A stretch of DNA of 64,000 bases from a virus: positions 32,001 to 96,000 of the IMG/VR virus record IMGVR_UViG_3300032215_000682. One strand, 5' to 3'. The stretch's first letter is position 1. Every line of letters starts with the position of its first letter. Shown piece after piece: positions 58,250 to 64,000 of the stretch. The notes beneath the pieces were generated by a model that made no database searches, was not told the DNA's origin, and worked only from the letters and a program-made list of their open reading frames with translations. Made by a program: the position numbers and the translations under genes.

Positions 58250-58675
58250 ATGAACAAAATCATCCAACAATTACTTGTCAAGACATTTCCTACTATGGAC
58301 ATTACTTCTCTTATGGAAGTAATAAATGCTACAGATAAACCTGAAATAGCTACTGAAATACTTTGTGGTATTTATGTAGCTCCTGAAACTGGTGCTACTA
58401 TCAGAACTCATGAAGGTAGAGGAACTGTAGAGTTCAAAGGTTATGATAAATGGAAAGATGAAATATCTTGCACATATCAAGAACCTGTAACAAAGAGTGG
58501 TTATTTTCCTAAAGAGACAGATAGAGGTATAATAACTCTGGAGAATTTTGATACTCTCAAAGTTCCTTATTCTTCTAATACTATTAGTGTTTCTATCAAA
58601 ACAGAAGAATTCAGATTAGCAAAATATACATGTTCTTTAGAAACTTGGCTTCAGCTTCCAGTATTAGCTGTATAA
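58250..58675 (+). CDS. Hypothetical early protein
   Basis: 141 aa, aacaaaATG start. Confidence 0.7.
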   Translation: MNKIIQQLLVKTFPTMDITSLMEVINATDKPEIATEILCGIYVAPETGATIRTHEGRGTVEFKGYDKWKDEISCTYQEPVTKSGYFPKETDRGIITLENFDTLKVPYSSNTISVSIKTEEFRLAKYTCSLETWLQLPVLAV

Positions 58676-58684
58676 GACTTTAAT

Positions 58685-58728
58685 GGTTCAGAGGAGATAA
58701 CTTCAAATCTGAACCTTTCCTTTTTTTT
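58685..58728 (+). terminator. Intrinsic terminator
   Basis: ggttcaga...tctgaacc stem followed by tttcc and T8. Confidence 0.6.
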
Positions 58729-58749
58729 ACTCAAAATTAAAATCCATAA

Positions 58750-58941
58750 ATGTGTATGCAAGAATTTGATATAGAAGAATCTATAGGAAGCTTATCAATG
58801 CTCTATTATAGTTGTTACACTCTTAAAAAGGAAAAAGACATCAAAGAAACAAACAAAGCTATAGAACTTATTGAAAATAATATCATAGCTCAGTTTAAAA
58901 AATTAAAAAAACAATTAAATAAACAATTATGTACACAATAA
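58750..58941 (+). CDS. Small hypothetical protein
   Basis: ORF with A-rich leader. Confidence 0.45.
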   Translation: MCMQEFDIEESIGSLSMLYYSCYTLKKEKDIKETNKAIELIENNIIAQFKKLKKQLNKQLCTQ

Positions 58942-59057
58942 CAGTGTTTGGTCAAGTGGTTTATTCTACTATTGATAATTTAACAGAACTATTTAATATA
59001 TTTTTTCTATTAAAATCATCAGAATGGAAGAATAGTGTACAAATGAGAATATCATAA
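58929..59057 (+). CDS. Small hypothetical protein (42 aa, MYTITVFGQVVYSTID...)
   Basis: Overlaps the previous stop. Below the ORF-track cut-off. Confidence 0.45.
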   Translation: MYTITVFGQVVYSTIDNLTELFNIFFLLKSSEWKNSVQMRIS

Positions 59058-59277
59058 CCTTTTGATTATCATTTGTTTCAAATGACATCAATTTAATAGA
59101 GAAGATTTGTTGTAGTAGTGGGTACTCATGTAATATTGAGACTAGTCTAACCATAAACAGCAATGTGTGTAACTACAACATTTCTTCTCTTATTATTTTC
59201 TTGATTAACACATTTGAGGAGCACAGAACTCTATACAATATGAATCACTCTGAACATTGTATTCTTAAGCAAGTGTG

Positions 59278-59802
59278 TTAATCTTTTATCTCACCATCCT
59301 TAGTAATATCTCTAAAGAACATACTAAGTTCACAATTAATAGTCTTTCTTTTCCTTGCTATATAAGGATTAAGCATATAAATCTTTTGTACATAACCAGA
59401 AGGTGCACATACACAATAAGATAGAACATTCTTATTAAACAGTCTTTTGACCATTTTATAAAACTCATCAATACTCATATTAAGTTTAACTGCAAGAGTA
59501 TCAGATGTATGTGGATGATTATTATTTTGTGATATAACAGAACAATCTCCTTTTAACATATTTCCCATTTTAAATACTCTTGCTATATCTACATTAGAAA
59601 ACTCTTTAGCAAGATATATCATAGCTTCAGAGCTGAATGTTACATACTCATCTGAGTTGATAATGAATTGATTAGTTCCTTCTTTCATAGTGATAGTAAT
59701 GTTATTCTTCACTTCAGAAGATAATAGTTCACCTGTTTCAATATTAACATATTGATCAGGTATTAATTTGGAATTCTTTTTAATTTTTGTAATTGTATTC
59801 AT
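59278..59802 (-). CDS. RepL-like (plasmid replication initiator-type wHTH) protein
   Basis: YVNIETGE N-terminus, HTH LAVKLNMS..EFYKMVKRL and YMLNPYIARK C-terminal motif. Has its own promoter. Confidence 0.65.
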   Translation of the reverse strand: MNTITKIKKNSKLIPDQYVNIETGELLSSEVKNNITITMKEGTNQFIINSDEYVTFSSEAMIYLAKEFSNVDIARVFKMGNMLKGDCSVISQNNNHPHTSDTLAVKLNMSIDEFYKMVKRLFNKNVLSYCVCAPSGYVQKIYMLNPYIARKRKTINCELSMFFRDITKDGEIKD

Positions 59803-59957
59803 ATATTTGTATTTTAAATCCTGAAAGTAGTGGTTTTTCTCTACTAATAACCTAAAAAGTAGTGATTTTCCACTAGTCTTATAATCTTTTGTAATTTATA
59901 CTAGTATTAAGTTAGAGAATGATTTTAATTAGTTTCCTTCTTATTATTATTTGAATA

Positions 59958-60011
59958 CAAATATACAAAGAATATTCCAATAAAACAAATCTCTCACATA
60001 ATTATGTGAAT
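59958..60011 (-). promoter_or_regulatory. Promoter of the RepL-like gene with perfect palindrome TCACATAATTATGTGA
   Basis: TATATTTG at 59958-59965, TTTG at 59986-59989, palindrome at 59994-60009. Confidence 0.7.
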
Positions 60012-60026
60012 TTATATAAAACTTAT

Positions 60027-60111
60027 GCCTCCATGATGAAAAGGTAGACATGAAAGATTTAAAATCTTTTTTCCCTAAAAGGAAGTGTTGGTTCAAATCC
60101 AACTGGAGGTA
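60027..60111 (+). tRNA. tRNA-Leu(TAA)
   Basis: Acceptor GCCTCCA/TGGAGGT, D-loop GG, anticodon arm AAAGA-TTTAAAA-TCTTT, long variable arm, GTTGG-TTCAAAT-CCAAC. Confidence 0.85.
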
Positions 60112-60139
60112 CTATTAATTAATTTAAAAACAAAATAAC

Positions 60140-60310
60140 ATGTTTAATATAAAAGAAAAACTTGCAGTAGTGTCTATTATTAGCAATGTGTCTCCTGAAT
60201 CTAAAAAAATTCAACAAGAAATCATTGATGAATTTGAAAGAATTCAAAAAGAAAATGAGAAATTAAAAATTTTAATTGATTTATCTAATATATTTTGGAT
60301 AACTAATTGA
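60140..60310 (+). CDS. Small hypothetical protein (56 aa, MFNIKEKLAVVSII...)
   Basis: A-rich leader. Below the ORF-track cut-off. Confidence 0.5.
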   Translation: MFNIKEKLAVVSIISNVSPESKKIQQEIIDEFERIQKENEKLKILIDLSNIFWITN

Positions 60311-60468
60311 TTTTCATTAAATTATTAATAGAAATTAGTGTTGATTGATGTACATAAATTACATTCCATCAATAAAACTCTTACAAAATTTCTATTTAAC
60401 ATAATATTATTTACAGAACACTCTAATAACAAATTAATTTGTTAAAAAATTGTTAAAATATACAAATC

Positions 60469-60621
60469 ATGCTACAAACCATCTTACTAATATCTCTAAT
60501 TTGTAATGGAATATTTATTTCTTTTAATGAAGAAGGTATGATATTTTACAAAATTGGAAAATATTTAGAACAACATACAATAAACATATTGAGAGAGTAT
60601 AATGAGGGAAGGGTAGCTTAA
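60469..60621 (+). CDS. Small membrane-anchored hypothetical protein (50 aa)
   Basis: MLQTILLISLICNGIFISF hydrophobic N-terminus. Confidence 0.4.
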   Translation: MLQTILLISLICNGIFISFNEEGMIFYKIGKYLEQHTINILREYNEGRVA

Positions 60622-60876
60622 ATTCTATAATAATAGCTATTTAGGAAATATCATATATATTAGTAATTATATTTTCTCATATCTTATTCTTGCAAGATAA
60701 AAAGTTAAGCCTGATCAGCTTAATAGAACAGATTTTTATTGAAATTAGCAGGCAAAACTTATAGCACTAACTATAATACCTAGCTGTAGGGTGTATTCCA
60801 ATGATACAATCTAATACATAGTTTTTATGTTCATTTTTTAATTAATTGTCTCATTCATTATAAATGCCTCATTTAT

Positions 60877-60950
60877 TACTTCTTAGTTCAATTGATTAGA
60901 GCATCTGACTGTTAATCAGAAGATTATTGGTTCAAATCCAATAAAAATAG
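60877..60950 (+). tRNA. Degenerate tRNA-Asn(GTT), probable pseudogene
   Basis: TCTGA-CTGTTAA-TCAGA and ATTGG-TTCAAAT-CCAAT are intact. The acceptor TACTTCT/AAAAATA has two C-A mismatches and the D-loop lacks GG. Confidence 0.7.
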
Positions 60951-60981
60951 CATTATTTATTAACACACAAAAAACACATTT

Positions 60982-61272
60982 ATGAATAGAAAACAAATTC
61001 TCAAACAAGCTTTAATAGCATTTATTTGTAAGTTAAATTATACAGATAAAGGATTGTGCTCTTATTTTTATAATATGGGGCATATGAAAATTCATGAGCT
61101 TGAAATATTATTTCCTGAAATTTCTATTTATAAACCTATTAATAATGATAGAATAATAACAACAAATTATTGGTGGGCAAATACTATTCAAAAAGATAAG
61201 TCTTTGACAAATCCTTTAAATAGAGAACAAAGAATCAAAATATTAAAACAATTATATTGTTCTATTAAATAA
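60982..61272 (+). CDS. Hypothetical protein (GLC...YWW...R motif)
   Basis: ORF with acacac/A-rich leader. Confidence 0.6.
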   Translation: MNRKQILKQALIAFICKLNYTDKGLCSYFYNMGHMKIHELEILFPEISIYKPINNDRIITTNYWWANTIQKDKSLTNPLNREQRIKILKQLYCSIK

Positions 61273-61370
61273 TTAAAAACATACACAAATGAAAAAAACA
61301 ATAACACTTACAATTGAAGAAGCTAGAAATTTGTATAAAAATGCAAATTTTAACTTTAAAACTAAAATAT

Positions 61371-61547
61371 ATGTTTACAGATATAATAACTTGTATATTT
61401 CTTTATATCATTAATTATGTAATTAGCCTCATAATTACAGCAGGGGATTTCATAAAATCTATATTTTGGTTCATTTTACTTATAAAACAGATAATCAAGA
61501 TATTAACTAATCTTCTTTTTGTATTTATTAAGATAATTTTTGAGTAA
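61371..61547 (+). CDS. Small membrane protein (probable start 61371, MFTDIITC)
   Basis: Hydrophobic ORF. Confidence 0.45.
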   Translation: MFTDIITCIFLYIINYVISLIITAGDFIKSIFWFILLIKQIIKILTNLLFVFIKIIFE

Positions 61548-61830
61548 ATTCTTTAGAATAGATTGTGTTACTTAAATTCTCAGTGTAACATCTGCAAAAA
61601 ATTTAATACTTTCTATTCTAATCTTATAAAACCCTAACTAAACATCAAATTAATAGTAAAAAAATTAGATTTATCACCAAATTTTAAACATATGTTCAGT
61701 GAATTTAGAGTTGTAACTACCAACTTAGAAGTAGTGAGGGTTTTACTTTATATTTTAGAAATGACAAAAGCAGAATAATAACAAATAGTATTGAGGATTT
61801 AATTAAAGAATTAGAAATAAAACTAAAACA

Positions 61831-62043
61831 ATGAACATATTTTATTTACAACTGTTATCTAGTTTATTATCAATAGGATTGATAATTTACAATGGAAATA
61901 TAGAAGATTTTATAGCTAAAAGAAATTATAATTATTTAATAATAGATATTCTATTTAAAATATTAGCATGGCAAATAGCTTCTTTAATAATTTCTATTAT
62001 AATCTATTTACTATATTATTCAATAACACATTTAATTAACTAA
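61831..62043 (+). CDS. Small two-TM membrane protein
   Basis: Two hydrophobic segments. Confidence 0.5.
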   Translation: MNIFYLQLLSSLLSIGLIIYNGNIEDFIAKRNYNYLIIDILFKILAWQIASLIISIIIYLLYYSITHLIN

Positions 62044-62312
62044 ACAATGAAACAACAACCAACATATACATTTCTATTAGCTGTTACAATATATTTTTAT
62101 ACTATAGCTTTAGGATGTATGTATATTTTTTAATAAAAATTTAAAACACACAAAATGAAATCAAGAGTAAAAAAGAATTTGTACACAGGAAGTTTCAATC
62201 TATCTCCTAAAACACCTGAAATACTATTACCTAAAAAAACTAAAAGAGATGAATATTCTTATTCTAATAAAGGAATAATGGAATTTTTAGGATTTAATAA
62301 ATAATTATTTCT

Positions 62313-62388
62313 CTTTCCATAGTTCAATTGGATAGAATATATTACTTCTAATAATATGATGGAGATTCAAATTCTCCTGGAAAGACCA
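62313..62388 (+). tRNA. tRNA-Arg(TCT) with encoded CCA
   Basis: CTTTCCA/TGGAAAG acceptor, TATTA-CTTCTAA-TAATA, GGAGA-TTCAAAT-TCTCC, ends ACCA. 76 nt. Confidence 0.85.
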
Positions 62389-62415
62389 TTAAAATTAACA
62401 CACAAAACAAAAAAA

Positions 62416-63177
62416 ATGAAAAAATTACTAGAAGCTTTAAAAAATCAAAAATTTATTTCTCCTGATTCTAAACAAAAATTTTATTTTATGTCAGGAATTA
62501 ATAGAGAAATAAATCCAGGACATGTAACTAAAATGGTAAGTTCTATACAAAAAATGGGTGTGATAAGACCTGTAGTATGTGTAATGACATCTTGTATAGA
62601 AAATATAAAGAAACTTTATATAATAGATGGACAACATCTTTTTACAGGATGTATAAGAATAGGTTGTGAAATACCTATTATAACACTTTATAGTGAATCT
62701 AAAGAAGAAATAATAGAATGGATGGCAGCACTTAATAATTCTTCAAAATCATGGTGTTTATTAGATTATATAAAAGTGTGGAAATGTCTTGATGGTAAAG
62801 AAGATTATAATGTTCTATTAAACTCTTTTAACACTTATGATTTAGAAATAAATATTATAGCTTGTTGTTATAATAATATTCAAATAGGATGTTCTCAATC
62901 TAAAATTATTAAAAAGGGAGAATTTAAAATATTAGATAGAAAAAAAGGTGATGAAATATTAAAGGATGGTTCTGATTTGTTTTCTGTTTTAAAAGGAAAT
63001 AGAGAAAGCAGAGATGTTATTAAATATTTTATGACTGCTTATGTTAAATGGAGATATTCAACATCTTCATATAATCATAGTAAATTTTTAGAATTTCTTA
63101 ATAAAAATAAGAATGTTTTTGAAAGTTTAGTCAATTCTCCTAAAGAAACAAATGATTTTTTAAATAAATTTAAATAA
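62416..63177 (+). CDS. ParB/Srx-like (DGQH) domain protein; real start probably 62416
   Basis: NREINPGHV..M..SI...G.IRPVV and YIIDGQH. The upstream ATG of the ORF track lies inside tRNA-Arg. Confidence 0.7.
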   Translation: MKKLLEALKNQKFISPDSKQKFYFMSGINREINPGHVTKMVSSIQKMGVIRPVVCVMTSCIENIKKLYIIDGQHLFTGCIRIGCEIPIITLYSESKEEIIEWMAALNNSSKSWCLLDYIKVWKCLDGKEDYNVLLNSFNTYDLEINIIACCYNNIQIGCSQSKIIKKGEFKILDRKKGDEILKDGSDLFSVLKGNRESRDVIKYFMTAYVKWRYSTSSYNHSKFLEFLNKNKNVFESLVNSPKETNDFLNKFK

Positions 63178-63184
63178 AAAATTT

Positions 63185-63313
63185 ATGAATGATGATTATA
63201 TAGATGAATTAGCAGATGGTTTTTTATTATTTGGAGATAATAGTCCTGGTGGGATAGTTATTTTTATTATAATATTAATAATCTTTTGTATTTATGAATA
63301 CACTAAAAATTAA
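63185..63313 (+). CDS. Small single-TM protein (42 aa)
   Basis: MNDDYIDELADG...IVIFIIILIIFCIY. Confidence 0.4.
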   Translation: MNDDYIDELADGFLLFGDNSPGGIVIFIIILIIFCIYEYTKN

Positions 63314-63568
63314 ATAACACACTACTATTAGTTAGATAATATAGTGGAAGTATAGCGAAAGTTGGGGAATGTTCAAATCATTCCAATAATGTATAACATA
63401 TTATGAGAAAACAGAAACAATGGTTATATGAATATATAGGAACCCTCATAGATATGAGATAAGTGGTGTGTTAATGCCTTTTGATAGTTTTGGAACATTA
63501 ATTTGTTTATGGGGAGGTGATTTAATTTCACCAAAAAACTATTATTTTTAAAAATTTAAATAAATATT

Positions 63569-63817
63569 ATGAATACTTTAGAAGAAGGAATAAAAATTTT
63601 AGAAGATTTACCAATTGGAACTTATAAGTGTTATGATAAAAATAATGAATTATTTATTTTTATGAAAGTAAAAAGTCCTCATGATAATGATGAAAGTTTA
63701 GATATTTATGCAATAGGTTCAGATGAGCCATATACTGCTAAAGAAATTTTAAAATTTAATATAATTAATTCAAATTCTGAATTTCATAAATATTTTAATA
63801 TTGAATTAATAAAATAA
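63569..63817 (+). CDS. Hypothetical protein
   Basis: ORF with A-rich leader. Confidence 0.55.
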   Translation: MNTLEEGIKILEDLPIGTYKCYDKNNELFIFMKVKSPHDNDESLDIYAIGSDEPYTAKEILKFNIINSNSEFHKYFNIELIK

Positions 63818-64000
63818 ATTATTTATAAAGTTAAAAAATTTTTTTAAAAATTTTAAAATGGGGGGTGAGAAGAATAGATTAGATTGATTAGTTAAATAAT
63901 TAAGCAAGTGAATGATATTTTACACTTTAAAAATTAATATCAAACAATAAATGCAACAGAATTGTCTGCCTTTACCTTTGATGATGCAATGAATTTTGTA

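Noticed and set aside
60052-60070. Possible ochre-suppressor tRNA (TTA within the anticodon loop)
   Set aside because: The 5-bp stem AAAGA/TCTTT places TAA at positions 34-36, and the long variable arm fits tRNA-Leu.
62356-62415. N-terminal extension of the ParB-like ORF
   Set aside because: It overlaps tRNA-Arg. The ATG at 62416 has the typical A-rich leader.
61289-63550. Short fragmentary frames (61289-61414, ~61692-61834, ~63403-63550)
   Set aside because: They look like decayed gene remnants with stops or frameshifts. Boundaries and products cannot be supported.
56891-64000. CRISPR array or DGR template repeat
   Set aside because: I saw no regularly spaced direct repeats, no reverse transcriptase and no adenine-variable repeat pair.

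Overview
AT-rich (~27% GC by eye) 64-kb segment of a crAss-like phage (Crassvirales), most likely infecting a Bacteroidota host. Evidence for the host is TAnnTTTG/-33 TTTG-type promoters and A-rich translation starts without Shine-Dalgarno motifs. Positions 1-56.9 kb are one minus-strand virion/late block. Read in transcription order it holds small ORFs, two GIY-YIG endonucleases, terminase, portal, scaffold, major capsid protein, ring and auxiliary capsid proteins, a run of Cys-rich fibre-like proteins, holin/spanin-like genes, a self-contained exonuclease cassette, tail ring and muzzle proteins, a GH108 endolysin, a ferritin-like protein, internal cargo proteins, and a 4378-aa virion RNA polymerase carrying a zincin motif and a complete C-terminal SF1B (Dda/RecD-like) helicase. 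A non-coding strand-switch region at ~56.9-57.8 kb is followed by plus-strand small early-type ORFs, an opposite-strand RepL-like gene, tRNA-Leu(TAA), tRNA-Arg(TCT), a degenerate tRNA-Asn and a ParB-like gene. The most striking observations are: (1) near-total loss of the CG dinucleotide (about 18 seen in 64 kb); (2) the RNAP-helicase fusion; (3) a palindromic box at an invariant distance upstream of four promoters; (4) a repeated, co-varying intergenic RNA stem with a UU/UU internal loop in the early region; (5) a ~300-nt structured leader; (6) two genes broken by a single in-frame TAA in the same context. All assignments come from reading the sequence and recalled motifs. No searches were run.
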